From assembly GCF_009914755.1 (NCBI RefSeq), contig NC_060930.1: DNA of 64,000 nucleotides. One strand, written 5' to 3'. The notes under the pieces were generated by a model, which worked only from the letters and a program-made list of their open reading frames with translations, had not been told where the DNA came from and did no database searches. The stretch is from the human T2T-CHM13v2.0 reference genome, Homo sapiens. Shown piece by piece: positions 1-19,205 of this stretch. The position numbers were made by a program, and so were the translations under genes. Each line of letters begins with the position of its first letter. Positions within the stretch are counted from its first letter, which is position 1.

Positions 1-299
1 AAAATCAATTATATGGAAAGACTGTAACCACATGTCATTTACTTTTCTTTTCATTCAACAAATATTCGCTAACCATATACAATTTGGGGACACTATGATA
101 CACGACTAAATCTTTTTAAAATAACGTTGTCTATTTGAAAACTTAATAGATTATAATGCAAGTAAAGTCAAATTGAAATTCTTCCATATCTTTTCACTGG
201 TGGTCCACTAAACCTGGACAGCCAACTCGCATTTATGAATTATCTTATCCTTGATCATTTTACCATGTCATTCTCCTTTCACAGCTGTCCCCAGCCTTT

Positions 300-410
300 C
301 TGAAATGTGTTTGTCAGCTAGAGGCCGTATGTGCCACTATGTTTTACCACTTCCACCACCAGACTCGGTGGCCTTCTAGAACTTCAGTAAACATTTATCA
401 GATTGAACAG
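300..410 (+). mobile_element. L2 3'-end fragment (degraded)
   Basis: Ends in CAGTAAACATTTATCAGATTGAA, resembling the L2 3' terminus (CAATAAATATTTGTTGAATGAA). Confidence 0.45.
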
Positions 411-829
411 TACCCTCCCCTTTCCATGTTCATTAAAACATATATGAAATGAGCATGTTCAACCACAACATTTAATACTATGTGATTCAACAAATTAAGG
501 ATTAAGAAACAATCACTTCCCCTGGGACCAAAGATCATCAAAGATCACCTAGTGGACAGGGATCAGGAAAAAGTGGAGGTAGACATTTAATTGGACCTTA
601 AAGGATGATGGAAATGCTAGAACTTAAATAAGAAAATATGCATAGGATATTTAGCATAATTCAGCAGAAGTTGTTATTAAAGAGATTTGGGTATTCTTCC
701 AAACTATAATCCTAAATTATAGGAGCTACATAGGATTACTCTAAACATAACCTACAAAGCTGCCCTAATGTCTATTAATTCTCTTCCTGGCTTGCAGACA
801 CTGAAAGTACTCAATGAGAGAGGTTTCTA

Positions 830-1213
<384 letters not shown>

Positions 1214-1309
1214 AGCATGAATAAAGTGTGATGGAGAGGAATGTGAAGTCATCTTCCATGAAGAAGGTAAAGATTAGTTAGGTAGAAACAGAAGGACCAT
1301 TTGTCATAA

Positions 1310-1440
1310 TTAATAATAAAGTGTCATTTATTGAGCACCTATTTTGTGCTAGGCATGATGGTAAGTATTATACATGCTTATCACTATCTTAAAAAAAAAA
1401 AACTGTGGGAATGCAAATGTTTAAGAGGAAACTGAGCCTC
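1310..1440 (-). mobile_element. MIR fragment
   Basis: TTTATTGAGCACCTATTTTGTGCTAGGCA ... GAGGAAACTGAG matches the reverse complement of the MIR 3' end and core. Confidence 0.7.
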
Positions 1441-3469
1441 CAATAATTACACCATACACCTAATGTCAGGTTAGTGGGTTTGGGATGGTGAGAGAATGGA
1501 GGATTTTAAACAGAATGACAAGTAGTTTGAATTTAATTTTACAGGGGAGACACAAAGGAAACAGATTCCAGGAAGCCATGGTACAGAGAGAAAGATTTCA
1601 CGCCCTGGTTAGAAGGTCCCTGAGGTAGCCTAGGTTAGAGTGAAAAATGCCTGAATGTTGAAGTTCGCTGTGGATTTGAAAAGGAAAAACAAATCTAAGA
1701 GGAATGTGAGAGAAGGTATTAAAAAGTACTTGACAACATGGTTTCAGGATGAACAGAATAAAAGAGGATAGGAATAGAAGGTTTATCATGTGTCCATGAT
1801 GTGAAATTTGTTCATTCTAACTGTAAAATGTATTGGAAGTCTTGTACATTAATGATTATAACAAATTTGACTATTCTTGGGTCAAATATCATTTCTCTTC
1901 TCACATCATTAATATTTTCAGTTGTGTGGAAACTACCAATCCTTCCACCCTTCTTTTATCCCAAGAACTTGTAATGAATTATAAGTAAGATCAATAATTA
2001 TGAACTGCTAAAAGGAAAACAAACTGAATAGATTAATTTGGCAGGAACACATGCTGTATGGCTTTGAAAGCCTGTGGAGTCTTTGAGGGATCTTGGGCCA
2101 AAAGGAAGGGCATATGCCAGACAAATGAGACTCTATTCTAAGCATAGTTCACACGGGAGGGCTTAAAAAAACAGACAAAGAAGCCTGGAAAGGAAAACGG
2201 AGAAAACAGTGGGGAACATAGAGATACAGAAGGTCAGGGCACATAGAACCTAGGGGAAAGAGAGATGCAATCGATGTGATGAAAGACAGACTTCTGGAAT
2301 ATTTGGAGCAGCACAGAGAAAATGAGCTTAAGAATGCTCCACTACTAGGCTACATGGGAGAACATGGAAAAAGGATTGAATAACTAGAATAAATTGGTGG
2401 TCAGAAAATAATGCTGGACTACGGTATTAGCAGTAGTGATCGAATGGCCATAAGCTCCACAATTAAGTGTCTGTCATCTGTGTGTGGAAGTGTCCTTCAT
2501 ACAACAACTCTCATTTTAAGATCTTAAAAAATTTGAACACATTCAGACCATCATTAACTCTCAAAATATACTCAAGGAGTGAGTACTAGAGAGGCAATTA
2601 CTGTTCATTGTAGCTGTTCTTACTTATATCACAAGTGTTCTTGTATTTCAGGGTACCACCAGGAGTCCAGGTTCCCTTGCTCCTGCTCCAGAGCTTCATT
2701 CACCAAATATGAGGTCACTCTCACAGGAAACAAGTCCGTCATCTAAAGCTCCAAAGATCAATGAGGTGGTGCTTATAACATTATTCGAATTCCCAGATCT
2801 CCATCCAGGCATGAAAACACATGTTCTCCATAGCTTCAGTGATAATATGTAAAAGATGTACAAAGTCAAGAGAAGATGTGCAAAGTAAGTCACGACAGAA
2901 AGAAAGTAACTCTGAAATTACAAGGTCCAGAAATTTTACATTTTCATCTTTATGACACTGAATTATGAGAAGCATGCTTAAAATACAATTAAGCAAAGTT
3001 AAATACATGGTAGATTCTACTGTCTTCCCTACAGGGCAGAGTCAGTGAAAGGAACTGATTAAAATGTTAACCCTTCTGATTGATTCAAGAGTTGATGACA
3101 CTATGTCTACCCAAATGAGTTTGAAAGCACTTGACTAGCCCAATCCATATATTGGATGATAGAACTTGTTTTGTAAGTGACGAAAAGAAAGATTGGTTAT
3201 TTTACGTAAATCAACATCACTATGGGACTTATCAGGTAAACTCTTCATGGACATACTCTCCTTAGACTAGAACCTTTTCATTTCTCTTTTTTTTCATTCT
3301 TTTACTTTTATTTTTCTTTTTTTTTTTTTCTAGATGAAGAGTGAAGTCATGTATAGATTACAACATAAATTCTTCCCCACACTTGCAATGAGGACATAGG
3401 GCCTGTTTTGTAGGAAAAAAAAAAAAGAATTAGTCTCTTTCAATGTGCTTACTTTTTGCAGTAACCAGA

Positions 3470-4940
3470 ACCATGCCCGCATGCCACTGTGCCACAGTCT
3501 GCCAAAGGAACTCCAGTATAATTGCCAGTCAGTTCCCCCATAAATAAATCTTCCAAAACAATGAGTCATGCATGTAAATATTGTCCTTGCGGAGCATATT
3601 TATTGCGTGTTGATGCTGATTGTTTAAAAAGAGGTTATGGTTCAATAAATTGAACACCTGAGCTGAGCGCTTGTAGGATGAAATTGAGAGACAGGCAGAT
3701 CAATTTAGACTCACTTCTACTTTTCGATCTGTTTAATAGATTTTTAAAATGACACTTAGAGCCCCATGGAGGCAGCAGCACTTCACATCCTCCCTCAGAC
3801 ACACCTCATCCGGCACTCCCAGGCTCGCTGCACTTGGAAAAGCTGATGATCCTGTGAGCAGAAATTCGCAGAACATGCTCTTGGCCTTCTGCTCTCAGCT
3901 GAACCTGGCTCATTTATTCAGCTGGTATTGCGAGTTTGGGGGCATGACAGTACATCTGACCCCTTTGGGGTAAAATTTGATCTGGCATTTCATTTCAAGG
4001 GCTCAGCCACTGGTCTGTCAAATCTTCATTTTGCGGGTGCCCACTAGAACTGCTGATGCTTGTCTCTAACTCCCTCGGCTTTCATCTTTCACTGGCAATA
4101 AACATGTCACCCTGCTGAGGTGAAACACAATCTGGAATTAAATTTACTGCATATAAAATATAGTGCCCTCTTTATTGGTTCAAATACTTGTCACTCATAA
4201 TTTATTTGCCCGTGTATGGCCTTCATGCAGGGAGAAAAGTGCTGCAAACAGAGAGGGGCTTTGGTGTTCATTGTTGCTGGGATCTTTTTCACTTTTCATT
4301 CATTCCCATCCTTGGTCCTAAAATCCCACTTACTGGCTTGGGCTAATCTGTTTTCCATGAAGCACCTCAAATAAAACTGGAACCCTTTGCCAAAGTGTGG
4401 TGAGCATGTCGCTGAGAGCATTGGCGCCGGGCTTGTTGGCTGAGCTACTGCGTGTTTGCTAGGAAGTGGCAACAGCATGGCACCTGGTATGCCCTCCAGT
4501 GAGCAAACCCCAAATTCAAACTGGGGAAAAGGGAGGAGGGATTTAGTCCTCGTGAGTTTCAATCTCCCACTTGCCATGCCTTCCCTTCTGGCACTCAACT
4601 TTTTCGTGATTTATTCCAAATACTGTCGATCAGCTTTAACTAATACAGTTCTTGTATGAAGCACCTCTCTAATCTCTTCAAACACAGATGTGGAAGCACG
4701 GCTTAGAGCATGGAGGCCAACAAAACCCTCTGCCTGTACCAGTGATTAGCTTTGATTGACACAGAACCCTTATGCTCTCCTAGGCATCCTCTCACACCCA
4801 TAAATGATTGTTCTAAAAATGAGACGCACAGGGTACGATGGGCACCAGCTTCAATAAATTTGCGGTGCAACCATACTAGCAGATAACGCGTAAACCATAC
4901 AACACTAGATACATGACATTGCCCCCGCCGCCTTCCAATC
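3470..4940. promoter_or_regulatory. Candidate enhancer / conserved non-coding block
   Basis: No recognisable repeat. Roughly 27 CpGs by eye count, visibly more than the flanks. Composite AACAATG (SOX), TGAGTCA (AP-1, 3562-3568) and ATGTAAATA (POU/FOX, 3572-3580). Conservation not verified. Confidence 0.45.
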
Positions 4941-5959
4941 CTATTTCTTTTTATCACTTTTAGGTCTGTCTCTTTATAGAAAAGGTTTTAGTGAACATTA
5001 ATTTCTCATTTAGAATTGTTAAAACATGCAAAGATGTATGTTTTATCTTTCCCTTCTGTTTTCAACATTATATGGTCCCAGATATAAACATTTATAGAAA
5101 CAGAAATGTTGGGACTTCTATGTGTTTTCAACTTGCTTTTAAATATGAGCCCAAAATTTGAATTTAACCCTCCAGTATTATTCAGGATCACCAGAAAGGG
5201 GTACATGTCAGTGACACAAATCCAGATTCCCACAGACTATTCAAATTACTTTAAAAACTTATTAATTTCAGTGACATATACTATGTTTTTGCTTTTATTA
5301 ATTCTGCCATCTTTTCTCATGCTGAGTTGTGAGACCTGAGAAACTTCCCCACTTGTCCTGATTGTTTGGGACTGTATCATAAAGTGACAGTGGGAAAGAT
5401 ATAATCTTCTCCATAGGAAGAATGTCCTTTGCGGGTAGAAGCGCTCTACAGACTCCAGGTAATTCCTGCTGCCTCAAAGGTGGTCCTCGGGGTTTATGTT
5501 AAATCTCCAGTGATTCTCCCAGATTGTCTCAGATCTTAAACTTCTGGTGGTAAAGTTTTCCAGAGTTAGAGGATGTCATTACTGTCTTCCCATCCCCAGA
5601 AAACAGTCACTTTGACTGGGCATGGATATGAAATGTCTCTCTCTGCCTGCCTTTTCCAAGCAGCAGTGTAAGTGAAGAGAGAGACAGAATAGGAATTCTT
5701 GCTCCAACCAGCTATGAAATGCCTAATTCTATTTGCATCTGCACACATATGCAGTTAGATGTTTTATTCATTACTTACACACTTACTTCCAAAAGAAACT
5801 TATGAAAAGAAAAAGAAAAAGCATATTAGTTTTTAAGATTTCAAAATAGCCTAAGTTAAACATTGATTTTCCAAATGTTTTCTAAAACTTTTTTAAATAA
5901 GTTATATATGTAGAAGGAGAATAATTAAAGGAACATATTAATATTTTAGAAAGTATCTC

Positions 5960-6110
5960 ACCTCCTAATGAGTTTTAGGATTATAGAAACAGAGTAGAAA
6001 AATAATTTATCTCATTTCATTTTAAGCCTGAGGAAACTGAGAGCCAGATAGTTTAAGTGACTGACCCAAGATTATCCAGTTAGTAAACAGAAGAGTAAAT
6101 AATAAAATCA
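5960..6110 (-). mobile_element. MIR fragment
   Basis: CATTTTAAGCCTGAGGAAACTGAGAGCCAGATAGTTTAAGTGACTGACCCAAG is the antisense MIR core. Confidence 0.8.
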
Positions 6111-6124
6111 GGTTTTTGTCCAAC

Positions 6125-6200
6125 ACTATGCTCAGTATCTACTAGTTGCCGGCATACAATAAAGTCTCACTAAATAACTGTTGAATGAAGAAATAAATGC
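6125..6200 (+). mobile_element. L2 3' terminus
   Basis: TGCCGGCATACAATAAAGTCTCACTAAATAACTGTTGAATGAA matches the L2 3' end. Confidence 0.6.
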
Positions 6201-6509
6201 ACACCAAGGTCCCCAGACCTTAGAAGTTGAGACTGATCCCAGCTCTACCCTCTCTGGGTGAACGTACCAGTACACACCTAATCAGAGCTGCTTGTACAAG
6301 ACCTGTGAAAAGTAAGAGCAAAAATTCTGCTCTTTGTAAAAACCTCAGAAAGTACTTTTTTTGTACTTTTTAAACATCAATTAATCCTATCCCAGGGTGA
6401 AAGTTATACTCTCTATTCCTTTTAAATTAAGAATTTAATGATTATTTCAAGAAATTCAATGGACTTTGCGTTCCAGACAGTGTTTGACAGAGTGATTTTG
6501 CTTCTACAT

Positions 6510-6660
6510 GCACTGTTCTACAACAATCCTGCTATATTCTTACTTCCTTCATAGTTGGAGAACATGAGGCTCAGAGAGTAAAAATGACTTCCCAGAATTC
6601 ACATAAAGTCTAAGGCAAAGCCCAATTTTGAACCAGGCTTGTTAACTCACAATCTAGGGC
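6510..6660 (-). mobile_element. MIR fragment
   Basis: ACAACAATCCTG...TGAGGCTCAGAGAGTAAAAATGACTTCCCAG...TTTGAACCAGGC. Confidence 0.7.
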
Positions 6661-9025
6661 ACTGTGAATGGCACAAGGCTCCTGAAAAGGAATGACATCT
6701 CTGTTTTAAAGAACTAGAGGTATAAAGACTAATTACACCAAGTAGGAATTTAATTTCTTAGTTAATTTTTCAACAATTCAATGGATATATTAGCAATTTT
6801 TATCATTCTTTAACCATTTGCCAAGTGAGTGTCTGATAACTGTACATTATTATTTGATTTTCTAATGCTTTTGGACATCCTTGAGAGAAAAAAAAACAGA
6901 AAAAAGGAAAAATTCAAGCCACTGTGTCATTACCATTTATAAAATTTCGCTAGATATTTTAGAATGTCTGCTTATCACTCACTGTAAGATTATATGCGAC
7001 CAATAAAATAATCAGTTTTCTACAGCACTTGTCATAATAATTTTCTCTTCAAGTGATAGTACACATTTTTGCTTTTATTTTGGAGTATTTTTGTTGTATT
7101 GTATTTGCATTCTTTCGGTTTTATTTATCGTTTTATTGAAATGTAAAATCTACCACATAAGCACCAATAAAATCAAATGTGAAAATACACATCTTTGAGT
7201 TTTTGTTATGTGATTGTATCTGAGTATATTATTCCCAATGTAATAAGAACTATCCTATATGTACAAGTCCAAACTTCTATGTGAAGCATAAAATATATTA
7301 TATTGTAAAATCTATTAAATATGTTCTTTAAAATGGCTATAATATCTCTTGCTATGTACATGAAGTACATTTATGTCCCCTAAACTTTAAAACAGTTTAG
7401 ATCAGAATAAGAACTAGGGATTTCAGAATGGCCAGCATATGTGTATTGGATAATCTACAGTATTTGTGTGAATAGTATTGCCCTGGGAGGGAAAAAAAAG
7501 AGAGAAAAGCAGCTGATTTATGACTAAGCCTTTTAAAATGTCTCAGCATTTAAGGAATTAGAGGAGAAAGAGGGTATCATGATGGAGACAGACCCAAACG
7601 TATGAATGGAAATTAAGGGAAGAGAATGTTTTAAGTGAAGGAAGATATCGACAAAGGCAAATGCAACAGTGGAATTCCTCATGACAAGGATTGATAGTCC
7701 TTTAATTTGGCAAGAATGAAGTTTAGCTTGAACCTACAAGAGCTTCTCTGTGAAGCAGGGAAGATGGAATTCAGATAGTGGTGAGTTGAGGAATGAACAG
7801 AAACTGAAGAAATTGGATAAATACAGATATTTGCTTGGCCGGATAAATATTACATAATACTATAAGTCTTTGCAAATGTGTTTTTAAAAAATGTCTTTCT
7901 GTAAATAATAATGTATGTTAATTTGTAGAAAGTTTGGAGGCTATGAGAAAGTGTGAAGAATAAAATTAATCTAAAATCCCATGACTCAGAGAATACTAAA
8001 GTTTTGTTCTATTTGCTTCAAGACTTTGTTCTATGCAATTTTTTTGATGTTGAGTTCATTCTACATATACAGCTCTGTATTCCTTTCCACTTGTCACTAT
8101 TTTGTACATTTATCAATGACTGTTTTAGAATGCATAAATTTAGTGTATTTTTTTAGCTTCATGAGAAAAAATCCTCTAGTGAGGAATCATTGAAGGGACA
8201 AGTAAAAGAGATAAACCACTGGATTGATGTCTTACAGGTGATGAAAGAAAATTGATCAGGAACATGGAAGAAGGAAATAAGAAATGCACCAACAGGGATA
8301 CATTTGTGAAGGGGAGTCAGAGGCTGAGTGAATTTGCACACGTTTTAAATGGCTAAGAATTGAACCACCCGTATTTAACTAAGTATCTTGACTATCAGGA
8401 AGTAAACACATTGTCAGCTTGAACACAGTGCCAACTTGAAACTGAAAACCAGGAAATTATAATGTCAGTAATCTGCATGGTAGTGGTTTTCCCTCCAGCT
8501 GCTCTCAGAACTATGTTTTTTCAACATATAATGGTTCTGGGCAATTTCTTTACCTTTCTCCCTACTTACATATCAAATATATTTTCCTTACCCCCCTTTA
8601 GTAACTCTGCTGAAGCAAATCTAAAATTGATCATAGAGAGCAGGAACTATTTTGTGCCTAAAATCAGCCTCACAATATATGTGAGATTAATCTTATTTTG
8701 GGATCTCCCCAAAAGACTGTATCTGTTTCATCTCATAACATCTTTGTAGCAGGTATGCTGTTTCAGAAAGGGGCTTATTTTCTTTATATTTTCTTTACAG
8801 CAAAGGTAAAAATTATATTTATACAACTTTGAGGTTAAAAATCTATTCATTTATTTATAATTAGTTCTAGTCTAATAAAGCAGGATTGAGGATTGTAAAG
8901 AATGTTTTTCCCAAAGCTTTTCTATTTAACTTGAGCACCACTCAATCATAATTTCTTGTCTTTTCTCATTGCCTTGTTTTCTTATGCAAGTGTTAAAACT
9001 CTCCATCAGTCTTCATGAGAAACAG

Positions 9026-9028
9026 TTT

Positions 9029-9087
<59 letters not shown>

Positions 9088-9156
9088 CTCTTTCTTTTTC
9101 TTTCCTTCTTTCTTTCTTTCTTTCTTCTTCTCTCTCTCTCTCTTTCTTTCTTTCTT
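9026..9156. repeat. (TTTC)15 plus degenerate TC/TTTC polypyrimidine microsatellite
   Basis: Pure TTTC at 9027-9086; uninterrupted pyrimidines from 9026 to 9156. Confidence 0.98.
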
Positions 9157-10884
9157 GGCAGCATTCTGTCAATGTTTTAAAGTTCTCAGATTCAGGCTGC
9201 TTAACACAGTTAGGGTATGTCTGATTCTAAAAGCAGGTACCAGCCCCAGAAGATAAGTCTTTTTCAGTGGCTAGTCATACTGTTTAATAAAAGATGATGC
9301 ATTATGTCAGGAATTGATATGGTTAGGATACCAAATTTGTACCAGAATATGAGCTTTCCATCATTTAAGTTTACCAATATCCCAAGGAAGAGTTGAGATG
9401 ATTACAAACATCTTCACTGTATTTGCAGCCAATATATAGTAGATGGTACTGTATAGACAGTTTATATTTAGGGGCATTTGCATTTTCATCTATAATGTAG
9501 AAAACTGGATGTGTAGTCCATATCTAGATTCTTCAAATGGCAGACCATAATCATCCTTTTTCAGCCTTTATAATATCTGTTGTCAGGCTCTTCTGAGAGA
9601 CTTCTAATAGGGTCTTGGCAAAATGCCGCAGGCAAACGCTTCCACTGCAGCTGATTCATAAATGCCTTTGGGGTTGTATTACAAATCCAGCAACCCCTGA
9701 GGTTTGATGGGAAGGTCTGCCAAGGTTCAACTGGGATTGCCTATTAGCCCACTGAACTCCCCTGAGCCCTAGAGACTCAAGAGTGGGTTTGATCCAAGCA
9801 ACTTGGTGAGGAGAGATTCATTGTCACTGCTGGGAAGGTAGGTTATGCACATTTCAACCTAGGAAGGCTGATTTGAGCCAAACACTGTCACATCCACTTC
9901 TTTCTGCCTGTTGATATAGTACAAAAGGCTACAATCGAAATTTAAGTGATAAAAGTCATTAAAGGAAACAATGGCTTTTGATGTGATCTTATTTCTTTCT
10001 TCATATGTAAAAAAGATGTCCATGATTGACATAGAATGAATACTTGATTTCCTTTTTCCCATTATTCCTCAGATTGAGAGAGAGAGGGAGTGTGTAAGGT
10101 TCACATGTGAAGGGGTGATGCCTATTTTGTTCACTATTGTGTTCATAAAGATTAGAGCAGGGAATAAATGATAATGATTGTGGAATGAATGGTTATATTA
10201 GTGACTGCCTAGAAAGAGAAATAGATTAAAGGTGTAGGCCTTTGGACAGTTGCTCATGTTGCCAATCTATGTGGGCGCTAACACATTACCAAGATGATAT
10301 GAATCAAATTTAATGATCAGAAGTTTTCTCAAGTGCAGGAATAAATGTAGTCAATGTGGTGAAGGATAGGATGCCCCCTTCTAAAGAGGCAAGCTCAAAG
10401 AACAGCAAAAGGCCATCAAGGATGTGGATTGGGATACCTGCAGGGAAACATTCTGGCATGGAATATGAAATATGGGACAAGAGAAGAATTACTCTGGACA
10501 ATGGTGGAGTGGTTGGACCCTTTCTCCAGGTGTCCTGCTTCATCACCCTCTCTGTGCAAAGCTAACTCTCTGTGTAAGCACATAAGAAGAGGAGCTCATG
10601 TGGAGAGGTAAGAAATAACATTTTTATGCTTATAGTGATAAAGAGGAGAAACTGTTAGCTCTAGTTTCTTTGTGTACAGCATTGCATTCTGCCCTAATAG
10701 TTCTATTTTTCAAACAAGGTTAATACACACTTCTATTTTCCTTTCTACTTGCAAGATTTCCTTTTAGTGGAATCATATTTGTCCCCAGCTTCTTAGAACA
10801 CTTTTAATTCTCTCACAGTCTTCCTCCCACTTGCCACCTCCTGATTTTTGTTTGTCTTCACATAACTGTTTCTTAACTTCTCTT

Positions 10885-11029
10885 AAGTCCACTAGCCACA
10901 ATTTACTAAAGACCTAAGAAAAATTACTTAACCTTTTTATTTAGCCTCAGTTTTCTCAACTGTAACATTAGATTAATAATAGCCCATTTGCAAGGTTGTG
11001 CTGATAATACAATAATGTTTTTAAAAATC

Positions 11030-11030
<1 letters not shown>
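10885..11030 (+). mobile_element. MIR, 5' part (interrupted by L1MA)
   Basis: TTACTTAACCT...GCCTCAGTTTTCTCAACTGTAA...AATAATAG...AGGTTGT is the sense MIR core. Confidence 0.8.
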
Positions 11031-17448
<6,418 letters not shown>

Positions 17449-17500
17449 TAGTATAGTTCCCGGTTCCTCTTAGGTGCTCTGTAAATGGCAGTTGGAGATA
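17449..17500 (+). mobile_element. MIR, 3' remainder
   Basis: TAGTATAGTTCCCGGTTCCTCTTAGGTGCTCTGTAAATGGCAG aligns to MIR TAGAACAGTGCCTGGCACATAGTAAGCGCTCAATAAATGTTAG, the part missing at 11030. Confidence 0.6.
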
Positions 17501-17512
17501 ATGAGGAGGAGG

Positions 17513-18010
17513 TGAAACTGACCCCACTGTCCCATAGAGCTGATGTTTATGGTTTCTTTGAATAAACATAGAAATTGATCCACCCAGTCTTAAAACTTGA
17601 GAAAGTTACATTTTTCTTATCTGAGTTTCGTTCTCAGGAAACCAGCAATCAATCCTCCCAGATAGTATCAAGGATCTGAAACTCACCAGATCACTGCATT
17701 TGACCAGTGAGACATCAGACCTCCTCATCCATCATGATTGCCTAACTAACCACTTGCTTCCTTTTGACCAACTCTTCTTCCTTACTCCTCCCTAATTCCT
17801 GTTTTCCTACATGTGGTTACATTTCTTCCCTGCTATATAAACCACTAATTTTAGTTGGTCAGGGAGATGGATTTGAGACTGACCTGTCATCTCCTCAGCT
17901 GCAGCACCAAATTAAAGCCTTCTTCCTTGGCAATACTCATCATCTCCGTGATTGGCTTTCTGTGCGGTGAGCAGCAGGGACTAGACTGAAACCCTGGTGT
18001 TTCAGTAATG
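17513..18010 (+). mobile_element. Solo ERV1 LTR (MER4 group, LTR54-like; subfamily tentative)
   Basis: TGAAACTGACCC start, TATATAAA near 17834, ATTAAA poly(A) signal at 17911, end GTTTCAGTAA(TG). About 500 bp, with flanks GAGG/GAAG compatible with a 4-bp TSD. Confidence 0.88.
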
Positions 18011-19029
18011 GAAGAAGAGGAAGAAAATGAAGAAGGTGAGATGTGAATATAATGTAATGAATTTGCATTCACAAGATTCATAAGTGATACAGGCAACATA
18101 ACAATCTAGACACTTTGCAACCAGCCTGGGTATGTGCTTGGTGTAATGAGCATGTGACATGTTGGTTAGCTTTTGGCAAAGCTATGCAAGAGGATGAGAA
18201 GCCATTCTTTAGGGAGGGAGCTATAAAGCTCATCTGGCAGCCCTGCCTAGGGCCATATCATTCCCTGAGACTTCTAGAACGCCAGAGTATCTAGGAGAAC
18301 TGTTTTTAAAACATTGCTCCTTTTTGCTGCCTGAAAATCTTTTTTAACTTATTTTATTTTATTTATTTGTTTTTGCTGTTGGGAAGAAATGATGTATAAA
18401 AAATAAAACTTGGATTGATTCAAAAAATCTTTGCTCTGCACACAGTGTTGTATTCTTTTGTGTGGGGGTGCAATTGGAGGACATTGATTAAATTTTACAA
18501 TTTCATTAAAAACATGCCATCCATTTTTACAAAAAAAGAAATAAATCTTTAAAAGAGATGATTGCTTAATTAATCATAGGATAAAGAAAGATTGATGCTA
18601 AGAGCTGTTTTATGGATTAAGAAAAGTAGAGCAGGGACCTGCTGGCTCCAAAATCTAAAGTTATTTAGTTTCAAATGAAGCATTTATCCACATAAACTAA
18701 TTATCTCTTTCAGTTATATTCCATTGCATCTAGGTGAACTGGTTCAATTTACTATAACCATTGAATAAGGTAAGTTACTACTGTTTAAAAGCCCCACACT
18801 TCTTAGCTGTTAACTCAACTCTCCTCTTGGATGAAATTATACTTTCACTTTGCATAGTGCCCAAGGGACTTAGTCAGCCCACCCTCTGTGTGCTAAACTG
18901 ACACTAGGAGCTTTTCCTCTTTTTGTAAATGATGAAAATTGAGACACAAACAAACATAGCATATCCTTTAACTAAAATCATGCAATCATTTATGGTAGTA
19001 AGGGGAAAATATATTTTGGTCCATGAGCT

Positions 19030-19205
19030 CTGTGGTCCTTAACCTGGGATCTATGGTATCCTGGAAAATTCATGGATAGTATTTTGGTAACTTGAGTTTA
19101 GAAATATTAAGTGGTTATGTGTATAGGCATATGGGGAGGAGAAGGGCCACAACTCTCACCAAATCTTCCAGCAGTCTATGATATCTAAAAGGTTAAGAGC
19201 CAAAA
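19030..19205. mobile_element. hAT-Charlie non-autonomous DNA transposon (Charlie4z-like)
   Basis: Degenerate TIRs CTGTGGTCCTTAACCT and AGGTTAAGAGCCA; internal CATGGATAG...GAAGGGCCACAACTCTCACCAAATC. Confidence 0.6.

Noticed and set aside
8969-9256. Phe/Leu/Ser-rich ORFs resembling membrane peptides; also the Lys/Glu/Arg-rich ORF 43614-43877
   Set aside because: Translations of TTTC and CCTT simple repeats.
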